From Eledone cirrhosa (lineage: Eukaryota): a DNA stretch of 64,000 nt. Where the stretch lies: contig OZ024741.1 in assembly GCA_964016885.1 (NCBI GenBank), positions 45,632,001 to 45,696,000 of the forward strand. Direction: 5' to 3'. Within the stretch, counting starts at the first letter, position 1. Each line of letters begins with the position of its first letter. This document shows positions 13,760 through 27,944 of this stretch, one piece after another. Both the position numbers and the translations under genes were made by a program. A model generated the notes under the pieces. It had not been told where the DNA came from, made no database searches, and was given only the letters and a program-made list of their open reading frames with translations.

Positions 13760-13960
13760 TAATTGTTTCTACTTTTAGCACAAGGCCAGCAATTACCCAG
13801 TACATTACTGGTACTTTATTTTATCGACCCCGTAAGGATGAAAGGCAAAGTTAACCTCGGCAGGATTTGAACTCAGAATGGCAAGGGCCGTAACTCTATG
13901 CGTCAAAACATGCGTCAAAACCTGGTGTCCCACCCTCTACCGATACTGCCAATCCACTGC
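13760..13960 (-). mobile_element. tRNA-derived SINE
   Basis: Reverse complement of the same SINE family. Confidence 0.85.
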
Positions 13961-15460
13961 CATACATAATTAAAGCTATACCCATTTTCTGCGATCAGAT
14001 ATAGAACAAGTCAAGTACTGGCGTCGATCTCACCACAAATTTCTGATCTTGTGCCTAAATTAGAATCAATTATCATTCATAAACATTCATGTCATTAATG
14101 CTTATAATTTTTCGTCATATCCACAGAAACTACTAAATATTTCGTACACTTTATAAATATCTTTAGAGTATAGGTGTTTGATGTTTGTCATTGTGTTATT
14201 AATCCTTTTGATATCAAATACCTGAAACAACTGCTGTTTCTATGATACAAAGTTGTTTATTCAAAGTTTTTATTTTTATATAACACCCTCCTTTCAAAAC
14301 GCCATGTAAGCTACACTTCAGACACCACCATTAAACTGATAAATTTATTTATATAATTAAATCCCAGCAAATTCTCAATTATTTTTAGAATAATTTCAAA
14401 ATAATTAGTGATTTTCTTTAGAAATATGGTAATAAAAGTGTTAATAACTATTTAAAGTTTTCTCTTATATCATTGACATTTGTCCGTAATAATACGTAAG
14501 AAACAATGCAAATAAATGTGTTGTTATTGTTCTTGATGTTGGCTTTGTAAGAAGCAATCTTTCGACGGTTCTGTGTCTTTAATAATTACCAAAAGTCAAA
14601 TACAAGAATTTCCCTTCGCCAATAAATATTCATATGAAATTAATAAAACTAAATATAGAAAGTTTAATAAGATATGTATGTCATTGAATTATTCAAGCTG
14701 TAATGAACTGTGATTTATGGTTTTCAAATTGCTTCGTTACATTTCTTGAAACTTTGTTTTGAATGTAGACAAACTGGTCTCTATGAGATAAACAATGAAA
14801 TTTTATATAGGAAACAAATAAAACATTGATTATTGTAAAGGATGTAACACAATATAATGGAATTGTCTCGTTTGCATATCCTCCTAGTGGTGTCTCAATA
14901 GTTATATAGATAAAGATTTGTTCTGCTGCTTCTTATATTATTACGTGAAATACGTGTTCAAATTTTATTATATTTATTGAAAAGCATTATATATACACAC
15001 ATACGGACACACGCACACACACACACTCACACACACACATATATATATACATATATATACATATATACACGCATACATATATATATATATATACATATAT
15101 ACATATATATATATACATATATACATGTTTGTGTGTGTGTGTGTTGTGTGTGTGAGTGAGTCTGTGTGTGTGTGCGTGTGTGCATGTATCGCTTCACATA
15201 GCCTCGTCACGTTCTACAGAGACGTTCGTCAATGAGTAGTATCAAATGAACAATAGCGTGTTGAATAGAAGAGCTTGATAACATACTCGGCATACGCAGC
15301 ATGAATGTTCAACGAGGAATCCCATTGAAGCATCATTGAACGATAACGATCGGAATTAGTAATGCTTACATACATTTATGTAAATTGATGTTGTAGGAAA
15401 CAGAGAAAGAAAAAAGGATATTTACTCTCAAAAATATATTATCTGAGAGCAATAATGTTA

Positions 15461-15650
15461 ATAATTGTTTCTACTTTCGGCACAAGGCCAGCAATTAAAC
15501 CAGTGTATTACTGGTACTTTATTTTATCGACCCCGTAAGGATGAAAGGCAAAGTCAACCTCGGCGGGATTTGAACTCAGATCGTAAAGGGACGTAACAAA
15601 TGCTGGAAAGCATGGCGTCCGACCCTCTACCGATACTGCCAATCCACCAA
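15461..15650 (-). mobile_element. tRNA-derived SINE
   Basis: Nearly identical to 10373-10558. Confidence 0.85.
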
Positions 15651-15808
15651 TAATGTTATGTGGAATATATACAGACATATGTTGGTATATATGTTTATCG
15701 ATATGATAATGTGAGCATACATACAGACGTGGACAATTATACATACGCCCTCTATGTGCGCATGTATATATATATATATATATATATAAGTATATATATA
15801 TACACTTG

Positions 15809-15842
<34 letters not shown>

Positions 15843-15989
15843 TATGTATATATATATATAAGTATATATATATATATACTTGTATATATATATATATATG
15901 TATATATATAAGTATATATATATATATGTATATATATGTATATATATATATGTATCACCTGTGTGCATATATATGTATACACGTATATA

Positions 15990-17590
15990 TATGTATCACC
16001 TTACCCAATCCTTCACCTCTTCTGATACCTCTAGTCAGACCCTCCACCTCCTCATCTTCCCACACCCACCCCTACTCTCCTTCAAACGCGCACGCAACCT
16101 TCCGCTACCTCCTCGTTCGCAGCTCCCTAACTCCATCCCCCGTTACTCCGCCGGATCCCTTCCCTGCTCCCGACCCCACTGCCACACATGCCCCATATCA
16201 CCAACACCACTACCTTCCAGGGATCCACTAACGCACTAACCTTCCCCCTTCACCTACCACCCTCTCGCACCTTCTTCTCGCCCCCCCCCCTACTATCACC
16301 ACTAAACTATATCCACACCTCGCCACTCCACTAACACTACTAAGCCCCCCCCATACACACCACCACCGTTTTCTTCACCCTTACCACCCTTACACCACAA
16401 AAACACACAGATACCAGTATACTTTACACACCGAATTTACCTCCACGCATATCCTCTACGCTGTCTACACACACATACACATAACTCCGCACACACACAC
16501 ATACACACATATCACTCTCACACACACACACCTGCCTGTCTACACAGCTAACTACCTTCACGCACACATAGTAGTACTACTGTCACTCCCACACGCCGAG
16601 TTCAGTTTTGTCGGCACCAACTCCTCCCCTCCCTCTCACACATTGCCCTGCCATCATCACCCCCTCCAACCACGCCTCCTACTCTTCCGAATTGACCATT
16701 TCCAGTTGCGCACCCCACACTACCATTTCACTTCCACATCGCCATTTTCTTCTACTTTAACTGGGAATTTACATCACGTTGAAATCTACCTGGTATACCT
16801 TCGGATCTTTACCACACACACACACACACCAACATCTATTCAGAAAGTTAGACGCACACAAACAATTGCCCAATTTCCGCACACATGCAATGTGCACCTT
16901 AAACGAACCCACATCACCTACAGACACATCACGCATCCTCTTCTTTTAACCACACAAACACACACAAGCTTGCACATCTACACATACACCGACACTTCAC
17001 CCCATACCGCCTCCGGATCTCATTTCATCCCATCCGCCCCCCTCCATCCACACACACACATACACATACACATCCGCACCCATACAGGGACTATACGCGC
17101 ACATACATACACTCCACCCCAACACACACGCAATGGTTTTTCAAAACCCATATTCACATACACTCGCTTCCTTCCAGACTCTCACACTTACATCCGCACA
17201 TCCCCACACGGTCTCTAATTGACTTGCTTTCGCTCACTCCTCCCCCTCCCCTCCTCCCTCTACCTACCCCTTATACAATACCACATCCTTGCCATCCCGC
17301 ACCCGTACACACCTCCAACACCCTTCATTTTCACATTTTTCCAAATTCTGTTTTTAATTATTTTGATTTTCATGTTCATTATTATATCTATTTTCCCCGT
17401 CCTTTCGTCTTCCTGTCAACTTCCCTCCTTACTAACTTCCTCACTCCCTCTCGGAGTTCCTCCCTACTTTCTTGATAAAGGACTTATGTCCAAAACGTCG
17501 TAGCACACCCACCGCACTCTCACCAAGCGTGAAGCTAATAACAATGAACCATTGACTCCTGCGTTTGTTTGTTTGTTTGTCCTTTTGAAC
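15990..17590 (+). other. C/A-rich low-complexity tract between (TA)n tracts, possibly a PLE 3' UTR remnant
   Basis: Strong C-over-G skew, bounded by (TA)n. It ends with an HHR-like relic TTGATAA-AGGAC(TTAT)GTCC-AAAA at ~17472-17495. Confidence 0.4.
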
Positions 17591-17596
17591 TATATA

Positions 17597-17656
<60 letters not shown>

Positions 17657-18531
17657 AGTTAAGTTCTTTTATCCAGTGGTCTTGGATTTCCTACCTATAG
17701 TTGCTTGCACATTGTTCGGTTTGTTTGTTTTCGCTGTTTTGTTAGTATTTCTCTTTTCTTCCCCTTTGCTTTCCTTCCCTCCTTCCTTCGTTTTCCCAAT
17801 AACTTATCCAGTTATTGACGCCCCGGAGTGAAGTGGTATCTTATCTTTAAAACGTAGATATATCCTAGACCCCTCCCCCTCCCAGTAGACGACTGATGAG
17901 GAAAACTCCCTCACCCCTGTTCTTGCTTTCTTCGTATTCCCACTGCATTTTAAGTTACCTTAAATAGCAACTACACAGCCATTTCTATTCTCTCTCTCTA
18001 TACATATATATCAAAATCAAAATAAGAGCCATATATCATAAGAATAGAGGAGACGGAACTATGATATAATGTATGTCTTGCTTTCTCCTTCTTATATTTC
18101 TGATTATATATATATATATTCGAAACGTTATAAGATTAAGGAACTCTGTAGAAGTAACGTTATACAGGTATATATTAATAAAGATCGGTAGATTCGCCTA
18201 ATATGCTTAGATATACATGCAAATGTACACTACAAAAAGGAAATAGATAGGTTATTTCTTTAAAAATATAGGTGAGTTTTCAGACATAGTCATGCTTATT
18301 TAATTAGTTCTTACTATAGAGGAATGAGCATGATACAAAAAATTAATTAGATAATCATGACTATGTCTGAAGATATAACCCATATTTTTTTTTAAACCAT
18401 GATTCATATTGTATGAACTTTTTTCGTTTCGTTATGTACGTAATGTGAATTTGCTTGTGTATGTATTAAACAATTAGGTGCATCTTGAATTCTTTATTGT
18501 CTTCCCTATATATATATACACACACTCACAC

Positions 18532-18562
<31 letters not shown>

Positions 18563-19043
18563 TCGCTGTGGTTGGTATTTTTTCTGTCACCTTAATGCTA
18601 TCCTCTTTCTCTCTCCCCCTTCTCTCTCCTTCACCTCTTGTTTTCCTCCACTCCTTCTGCTGGTCACTCACTCTCGGCTGGCCCCTTCCTCACACTATCA
18701 CTCACTCACTCTCTGCTACTCCTCCTCTCTCACTTCCTCCCGTCTGACCTGCGTTAAATATTCTTTCCTCTCACTTTTCTCGTGGGTCGGACGCGTCTGT
18801 TTCTTCTCGTCATTTTATTTGTCGGACTTAGAGATTCATTGACTTGTCTCTCTTTTCCCCTCTTTACGTTGAATTACTACCATGTCGTTTGTTTCCTTTC
18901 CTCTGTTTTCCTCTATCCCGATAACTTAATTTAGTTATCGCTCGCACTGATTTTAGGTATCTAGTCTTTAATGCCAAGAAATACCAATAATATTCAGCAG
19001 ACTACTGATGACGGACATTCTTGTTTCTCGGTCTATTTTTATT

Positions 19044-19121
<78 letters not shown>

Positions 19122-19268
19122 GAGAGAGAGATTCTGCAGGGGTGTGACTGAAGAGACCACTTGCTTAACACACACGCCTAAACTGCTTGGCGCCGTGGTC
19201 GGGATTTACCCATCCCTCTCTCTCTCTTTATATATATATACTGTATATATATATATATAAAGAGTGAG

Positions 19269-19339
<71 letters not shown>

Positions 19340-20379
19340 GAAGTTGATAATAGCACGGAAAATATAATTTAGGGTCTGTTTTTTTTTGGGGGGGGGGGGT
19401 CCTGTCTTTGATTCGTCAAAGTGATATTATTGAAAAGATGACATTATTGAAAAAATGAGAGAGACAATTCTTTAAAAAAAAGTGTTATAATGTATATAAA
19501 GTATATAAAGTTTATAAAGTATTACCGGTTTCGATGTATTATTAAAATTCATCTTATCGAATTTTGAGTATTGCAATTAAAAAGAATTAATAGGAAATAA
19601 AAATTACAAATTAAATATTTGAAATTAAGTGTTGCAGTAATTTTTTTTTCCCATCTTCCTTGCTCAGAAGTGGACTGGAGAATGAGTTTTTGTGTATATA
19701 TAGAGAGAGGTGTGTAGGCATGATAGTAGCAGTAGTGTTGGTAGTTGTGTTTCTTCACAGAACAAAATTGTTTTTTTAGGGGGGTGGGGGACAAAGGAAA
19801 TATTCTGTAAATATGTGTATGTATATCTGATTGTGTTAATTGACTGGCCAAGGCTTCAAATGGGGATGGGGAATTGTAAGCTAGAGACAAATTCTATGGC
19901 AGCAGTAAGGTTGTAAAAAAAATTCTATTATTGGAATATGGTTTTAGGGAGTGTGTGTATAGTGTGAGGGTATATAACAATACACACATGTGTTGGGGGG
20001 TTGTGGTGTGTATGTGTGTGTGTTTTTCAGCCTGTCTCTCACAGGTCCCTTTGTCGTGGGAAATTAAAAAAATCTTCAAAATCTAAAAAATTCTTAAAAT
20101 CTAAAAAAACCTTCAAAATTAAAAAAACAAAACAGAACAGAGTATCAGTAGTAGCTCTCAAACAGGAACTTCTCGAATTAGTAATTTTTTCTCTCTTATT
20201 TTGTGGTGTGTGTGTAGGGGGGTGGGGTTTAATGGGGTGATTACATATTGAAATTTTATTTAAATTTGTTAATAAATACTTTTTCTTTATTTATTCTTTG
20301 TTGTTGAGTGAATCGAAGCACTTGTAAAGGGGGGGGGGGGTATTTCAAAGTTGGGTAGAGTCATTTGTGCACAATCTGC

Positions 20380-20825
20380 AATGTGGCTACTTAAGGGACG
20401 TTTTCTTGTGTTTACCTCTCGGATTTGTGATGGATGGTCATTCTTTTGCGTAATGACACACCCGGCTGTTCTATATAGTTATGTCGACTGCCACCACATG
20501 TGATTACGTAGATCAGGTTCTCCTAGTTGTAATTGAAGTTGTTTTTCACTGTGAAAGATTTGCCATCATTAAACGTGAATTTATGTCCTTCAATTAAGTA
20601 TAGGCATATTCCGAAGTTTGTTCTTCCGCATTTTGTTACCGTAAGGTTGGAGATTGGTTTGTGTATATTTGTTCCAGTGAGAATGTATTTTAGTGATTTT
20701 GGTTGACTTTTGCTGTTAATGATCTTGTGTATTTCTAGGATGTTTTTCATTTTTTCATCTTTAAATAGAATGGGGAGGTTTTGGTGTAGGAGGTCGAACA
20801 TTTCGGTGTTCTGGGGTTGATACAT
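20380..20825 (-). pseudogene. Degraded PLE linker + GIY-YIG fragment (Neptune-like architecture)
   Basis: [15 protein letters not shown]...SQPKSLKYILT...KCGRTNFGIC...FTVKNNFNYN*ENLIYVITCGGSRHNYI. The clade assignment is inference. Confidence 0.75.
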
Positions 20826-20852
20826 ATATATAAGGTATATATATATATATAT

Positions 20853-21005
20853 ATATCACAGAAAAAAGAGAATCAGTGTTGCGACGAAAGGAATTTATTG
20901 GACATATTATAATTGTTTCTCGGGCGACCAGCTCGAGAAACAATTGTAATGTGTCCAAAATAAATTCCTTTCGTCGCAACACTGATTCTCTTTTTTCTGT
21001 GATAT
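20853..21005. repeat. Near-perfect inverted repeat (about 70-bp arms, 11-bp spacer) made of pLTR ends
   Basis: 20853-20922 is the reverse complement of 20934-21005. Each arm starts with the HHR 3' half GAAA-CAATT(G/A)-TA. Confidence 0.9.
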
Positions 21006-21079
21006 CATACTCTGCTCTACGAGAGCATTGAGTGCTCATACGGCCTACCGCATACGGACGCGTTAAGCATCCAACACCA

Positions 21080-21211
<132 letters not shown>

Positions 21212-21576
21212 TATTGTTGTCTGTGTGTGTGTCCTAATTTTTGCAAAGTCTATACAAATCCACATTTCTACTCCGGTTGACTTCAAACTTGCATTTATAT
21301 ATTCTTTGCAGTCTAAATATACTAACTGAAGCATTTATTTTTCAATTTTCTGTTGTTAAAAGGGTCTTAGGCGCCGGTTCTCGATCTCCGTCGAGCCCTT
21401 ATAATATCTGTCTGTATGTCTCACTGTCTGCATAAGGCCATTGCTGACGTATTATCTTCGCTACGTTCACACACACACACGCTCGTGCGCGCACACACAC
21501 ATATATATACATATATACTTATATATACATATATATGTATATACACATATATACATATACACACACATATATACAC

Positions 21577-21656
<80 letters not shown>

Positions 21657-21770
21657 AAACACAGAAACCCATATACACATATAAGTGTGTGCGTGTGTAT
21701 ATATATATATATATTTTTATATGTATATTTATATGTGTATATGTGTATACACATATATAAATATAAACAT

Positions 21771-21850
<80 letters not shown>

Positions 21851-21982
21851 TATGTGTATAGTGGTAGATATGGTGCTTCCGTAGGCGGTATGCCAAAATT
21901 AACACTCAATATTCATCAGAGTAGAGTGTATATATTATCAAGAAAATGAAAAATCAGTGATGCATCTGGGCTTAGTTTATTT

Positions 21983-22073
21983 CGTGTTACAAATGTTTCA
22001 CCGGCATGTAGCTCGAGTCATGGTCGATGTATGGATCTGGCTGATTCTACTTCTGCGGGTTCTTTCAGGCACG
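21983..22073 (-). ncRNA. Degenerate type I hammerhead ribozyme
   Basis: Minus strand: CGTGC-CTGAAAGA-ACCCGCA...TGCCGGT-GAAA-CATTTG-TA-ACACG. Downstream sequence resembles 20975-21060. Confidence 0.55.
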
Positions 22074-22112
22074 TCTGTTATGTCCTGAGCAATATATATA
22101 TATATATATATA

Positions 22113-22227
<115 letters not shown>

Positions 22228-22307
22228 TATATTTTTTTTATAAATAAATAAATATATATAAGTATATATATGTATATATATATATATATTTTTTTTTTTA
22301 TAAATAA

Positions 22308-22348
<41 letters not shown>

Positions 22349-22589
22349 TAAATATATATATATATATATATACTTATATATGTATAAGCATGTATGTATA
22401 CGTACATACATACATGTATACAGACGTACAGTAGCATGCATATATATATATATATACATATATACATACAGGTAAACACACATATATGTACGTATCAGTT
22501 TAGCGGACGCTTATTATATCGCCCGCTTTGTTCGTTTGTAAACAAACTGAACAGCCTGAATTTATGCCGTACGGTGTTAAGGCAACCAC

Positions 22590-22652
<63 letters not shown>

Positions 22653-22679
22653 TACATACAGTGTGTGTACCTGTATGTA

Positions 22680-22757
<78 letters not shown>

Positions 22758-22989
22758 TGCTACTGTACGTCTGTATATATGTATGTATGTACGTATACAT
22801 ACATGCTTACATTTAAGTAAGTGCCGTACTAAGAGTGAGAAATGAGATTTCGTTTTCATTTTATTACAACTTAACGTTTTCGGTGCGCCTGACCGAACTC
22901 ACTCGATATGCAAATCAGGCTGCTCGGCCGTTAATTTTCATGGGGAGAGTATATACTTTCGAACGTTCAACCATCTGGCAGAGGGGTAT

Positions 22990-23032
22990 ACGGTGCTGAT
23001 GATAGCTGACAAGCTTGAAACTAGTACATCGT
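22990..23032 (+). ncRNA. Minimal type I hammerhead ribozyme, array copy 1 (intact)
   Basis: ACGGTG-CTGATGA-T-AGCT(GACA)AGCT-T-GAAA-CTAG-TA-CATCGT: 6-bp stem I, palindromic CUAG, predicted cleavage after A23026. Confidence 0.88.
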
Positions 23033-23189
23033 TCCTGTGTCAGTGTTGAACAAAAAGGTGACGTGGTTGCCTTAACACCGTACGGCATAAATTCAGGCTG
23101 TTCAGTTTGTTTACAAACGAACAAAGCGGGCGTTATAATAAGCGTCCGCTAAACTGATACGTACATATATGTGTGTGTACCTGTATGTA

Positions 23190-23229
<40 letters not shown>

Positions 23230-23461
23230 TGCTACCGTACGTCTGTATACATGTATGTATGTACGTATACATACATGCTTACATTTAAGTAAGTGCCGTA
23301 CTAAGAGTGAGAAATGAGATTTCGTTTTCATTTTATTACAACTTAACGTTTTCGGTACGCCCGGTCGAACTCACTCGATATGCAAATCAGGCTGCTCGGC
23401 CGTTAATTTTCATGGGGAGAGTATATACTTTCGAACGTTCAACCATCTGGCAGAGTGTTAT

Positions 23462-23504
23462 ACGGTGCTGATGATAGCTGACAAGCTTGAAACTAGTTAT
23501 TCGT
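23462..23504 (+). ncRNA. Hammerhead motif, array copy 2 (stem I disrupted)
   Basis: Core intact, but the 3' side reads CTAG-TT-ATTCGT, so the two core-proximal stem I pairs are mismatched. Confidence 0.7.
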
Positions 23505-23661
23505 TCCTCTGTCAGTGTTGAACAAAAAGGTGACGTGGTTGCCTTAACACTGTACAGCATAAATTCAGGCTGTTCAGTTTGTTTACAAACGAACAAAGCG
23601 GGCGTTATAATAAGCGTCCGCTAAACTGATACGTACATATATGTGTGTGTACCTGTATGTA

Positions 23662-23741
<80 letters not shown>

Positions 23742-23973
23742 TGCTACTGTACGTCTGTATACATGTATGTATGTACGTATACATACATGCTTACATTTAA
23801 GTAAGTGCCGTACTAAGAGTGAGAAATGAGATTTCGTTTTCATTTTATTACAACTTAACGTTTTCGGTACGCCTGGCCGAACTCACTCGATATGCAAATC
23901 AGGCTGCTCGGCCGTTAATTTTCATGGGGAGAGTATATACTTTCGAACGTTCAACCATCTGGCAGAGGGGTAT

Positions 23974-24016
23974 ACGGTGCTGATGATAGCTGACAAGCTT
24001 GAAACTAGTTATTCGT
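23974..24016 (+). ncRNA. Hammerhead motif, array copy 3 (stem I disrupted)
   Basis: Same GTTATTCG variant as copy 2. Confidence 0.7.
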
Positions 24017-24173
24017 TCCTCTGTCAGTGTTGAACAAAAAGGTGACGTGGTTGCCTTAACACCGTACGGCATAAATTCAGGCTGTTCAGTTTGTTTACAA
24101 ACGAACAAAGCGGGCGTTATAATAAGCGTCCGCTAAACTGATACGTACATATATGTGTGTGTACCTGTATGTA

Positions 24174-24257
<84 letters not shown>

Positions 24258-24489
24258 TGCTACTGTACGTCTGTATACATGAATGTATGTACGTATACAT
24301 ACATTCTTACATTTAAGTAAGTGCCATACTAAGAGTGAGAAATGAGATTTCGTTTTCATTTTATTACAACTTAACGTTTTCGGTACGCCTGGCCGAACTC
24401 ACTCGATATGCAAATCAGGCTGCTCGGCCATTAATTTTCATGGGGAGAGTATATACTTTCGAACGTTCAACCATCTGGCAGAGGGGTAT

Positions 24490-24532
24490 ACGGTGCTGAT
24501 GATAGCTGACAAGCTTGAAACTAGTACATCGT
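24490..24532 (+). ncRNA. Minimal type I hammerhead ribozyme, array copy 4 (intact)
   Basis: Identical to copy 1. Confidence 0.88.
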
Positions 24533-24686
24533 TCCTGTGTCAGTGTTGAACAAAAAGGTGACGTGGTTGCCATAACACCGTACGGAATAAATTCAGGCTG
24601 TTCAGTTTGTTTACAAACGAACAAAGCGGGCGTTATAATAAGCGTCCGCTAAACTGATACGTACATATATGTGTGTGTACTTGTAC

Positions 24687-24739
<53 letters not shown>

Positions 24740-24971
24740 TGCTACTGTACGTCTGTATACATGTATGTATGTACGTATACATACATGCTTACTTTTAAGT
24801 AAGTGCCGTCCTAAGAGTGAGAAATGAGATTTCGTTTTAATTTTATTACAACTTAACGTTTTCGGTACGCCTGGCCGATCTCACTCGATATGCAAATCAG
24901 GCTGCTCGGCCGTTAATTTTCATGGGGAGAGTATATACTTTCGAACGTTCAACCATCTGGCAGAGGGGTAT

Positions 24972-25014
24972 ACGGTGCTGATGATAGCGGACAAGCTTGA
25001 AACTAGTACATCGT
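24972..25014 (+). ncRNA. Minimal type I hammerhead ribozyme, array copy 5 (intact core and stem I)
   Basis: As copy 1, except a T>G change shortens stem II by one pair. Confidence 0.82.
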
Positions 25015-25171
25015 TCCTGTGTCAGTGTTGAACAAAAAGGTGAAGTGGTTGCCTTAACACCGTACGGCATAAATTCAGGCTGTTCAGTTTGTTTACAAAC
25101 GAACAAAGCGGGCGTTATAATAAGCGTCCGCTAAACTGATACGTACATATATGTGTGTGTACCTGTATGTA

Positions 25172-25209
<38 letters not shown>

Positions 25210-25441
25210 TGCTACTGTACGTCTGTATACATGTATGTATGTACGTATACATACATGCTTACATTTAAGTAAGTGCCGTACTAAGAGTGAGAAATGAGAT
25301 TTCGTTTTCATTTTATTACAACTTAACGTTTTCGGTACGCCTGGTCGAACTCACTCGATATGCAAATCAGGCTGCTCGGCCGTTAATTTTCATGGGGAGA
25401 GTATATACTTTCGAACGTTCAACCATCTGGCAGAGTGTTAT

Positions 25442-25484
25442 ACGGTGCTGATGATAGCTGACAAGCTTGAAACTAGTTATTCGT
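25442..25484 (+). ncRNA. Hammerhead motif, array copy 6 (stem I disrupted)
   Basis: GTTATTCG variant. Confidence 0.7.
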
Positions 25485-25641
25485 TCCTCTGTCAGTGTTG
25501 AACAAAAAGGTGACGTGGTTGCCTTAACACCGTACGGCATAAATTCAGGCTGTTCAGTTTGTTTACAAACGAACAAAGCGGGCGTTATAATAAGCGTCCG
25601 CTAAACTGATACGTACATATATGTGTGTGTACCTGTATGTA

Positions 25642-25713
<72 letters not shown>

Positions 25714-25945
25714 TGCTACTGTACGTCTGTATACATGTATGTATGTACGTATACATACATGCTTACATTTAAGTAAGTGCCGTACTAAGAGTGAGAAATG
25801 AGATTTCGTTTTCATTTTATTACAACTTAACGTTTTCGGTACGCCTGGCCGAACTCATTCGATATGCAAATCAGGCTGCTCGGCCGTTAATTTTCATGGG
25901 GAGAGTATATACTTTCGAACGTTCAACCATCTGGCAGAGGGGTAT

Positions 25946-25988
25946 ACGGTGCTGATGATAGCTGACAAGCTTGAAACTAGTTATTCGT
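25946..25988 (+). ncRNA. Hammerhead motif, array copy 7 (stem I disrupted)
   Basis: GTTATTCG variant. Confidence 0.7.
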
Positions 25989-26145
25989 TCCTCTGTCAGT
26001 GTTGAACAAAAAGGTGACGTGGTTGCCTTAACACCGTACGGCATAAATTCAGGCTGTTCAGTTTGTTTACAAGCGAACAAAGCAGGCGTTATAATAAGCG
26101 TCCGCTAAACTGATACGTACATATATGTGTGTGTACTTGTATGTA

Positions 26146-26191
<46 letters not shown>

Positions 26192-26423
26192 TGCTACTGT
26201 ACGTCTGTATACATGAATGTATGTACGTATACATACATTCTTACATTTAAGTAAGTGCCGTACTAAGAGTGAGAAATGAGATTTCGTTTTCATTTTATTA
26301 CAACTTAACGTTTTCGGTACGCCTGGCCGAACTCATTCGATATGCAAATCAGGCTGCTCGGCCGTTAATTTTCATGGGGAGAGTATATACTTTCGAACGT
26401 TCAACCATCTGGCAGAGGGGTAT

Positions 26424-26466
26424 CCGGTCCTGATGATGGCGGACAAGCTTGAAACTAGTACATAGT
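26424..26466 (+). ncRNA. Hammerhead motif, array copy 8 (degenerate)
   Basis: CCGGTC-CTGATGA-TGGCGGACAAGCTT-GAAA-CTAG-TA-CATAGT, with several stem I mismatches. Confidence 0.6.
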
Positions 26467-26617
26467 TCCTGTGTCAGTGTTGAACAAAAAGGTGACGTGG
26501 TTGCCTTAACACCGTACGGCATAAATTCAGGCTGTTCAGTTTGTCTACAAACGAACAAAGCGGGCGTTATAATAAGCGTCCGCTAAACTGATACGTACAT
26601 ATATGTGTGTGTACCTG

Positions 26618-26657
<40 letters not shown>

Positions 26658-26771
26658 TGCTACTGTACGTCTGTATACATGTCTGTATGTACGTATACAT
26701 ACATGCTTACATTTAAGTAAGTGCCGTACTAAGAGTGAGAAATGAGATTTCGTTTTCATTTTATTACAACT

Positions 26772-26803
<32 letters not shown>

Positions 26804-26805
26804 CT

Positions 26806-26900
<95 letters not shown>

Positions 26901-26931
26901 TTATATATATATACATATATATATATATACT

Positions 26932-26969
<38 letters not shown>

Positions 26970-27023
26970 CTTATATATATATATATATATATACTTATAT
27001 ATATATATACATATATATATCTA

Positions 27024-27115
<92 letters not shown>

Positions 27116-27139
27116 TATATACTTTTATATATATATAGT

Positions 27140-27944
<805 letters not shown>

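Larger units (their letters stand above)
22386..26772 (+). repeat. Tandem array of 8 non-coding HHR-bearing monomers (466-516 bp, each with a variable (TA)n) plus an inverted partial monomer at 22386-22590; candidate non-LTR retrozyme
   Basis: Monomer starts (gcatgctac) at 22755, 23227, 23739, 24255, 24737, 25207, 25711, 26189 and 26655 (partial to 26772). Length differences come from the (TA)n tract. Confidence 0.95.

Noticed and set aside
17890-19215. Partial hammerhead cores at ~17893 (CTGATGAGGAAAACTC), ~19006 (CTGATGACGGAC) and 19148 (CTGAAGA-GACCAC...GTGGTC)
   Set aside because: They lack the GAAA strand or stem I. They may be truncated pLTR relics but cannot be supported as ribozymes.
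22915-26558. 69-aa minus-strand ORF open in all eight array monomers
   Set aside because: It starts at a non-ATG codon, has no recognisable domain, and most differences change amino acids. Staying open is expected at such low divergence, and it is antisense to the ribozyme.
22661-26772. CRISPR-like repeat-spacer reading of the array
   Set aside because: The repeats are about 440 bp, the spacers are just (TA)n, the context is eukaryotic and there are no cas genes.
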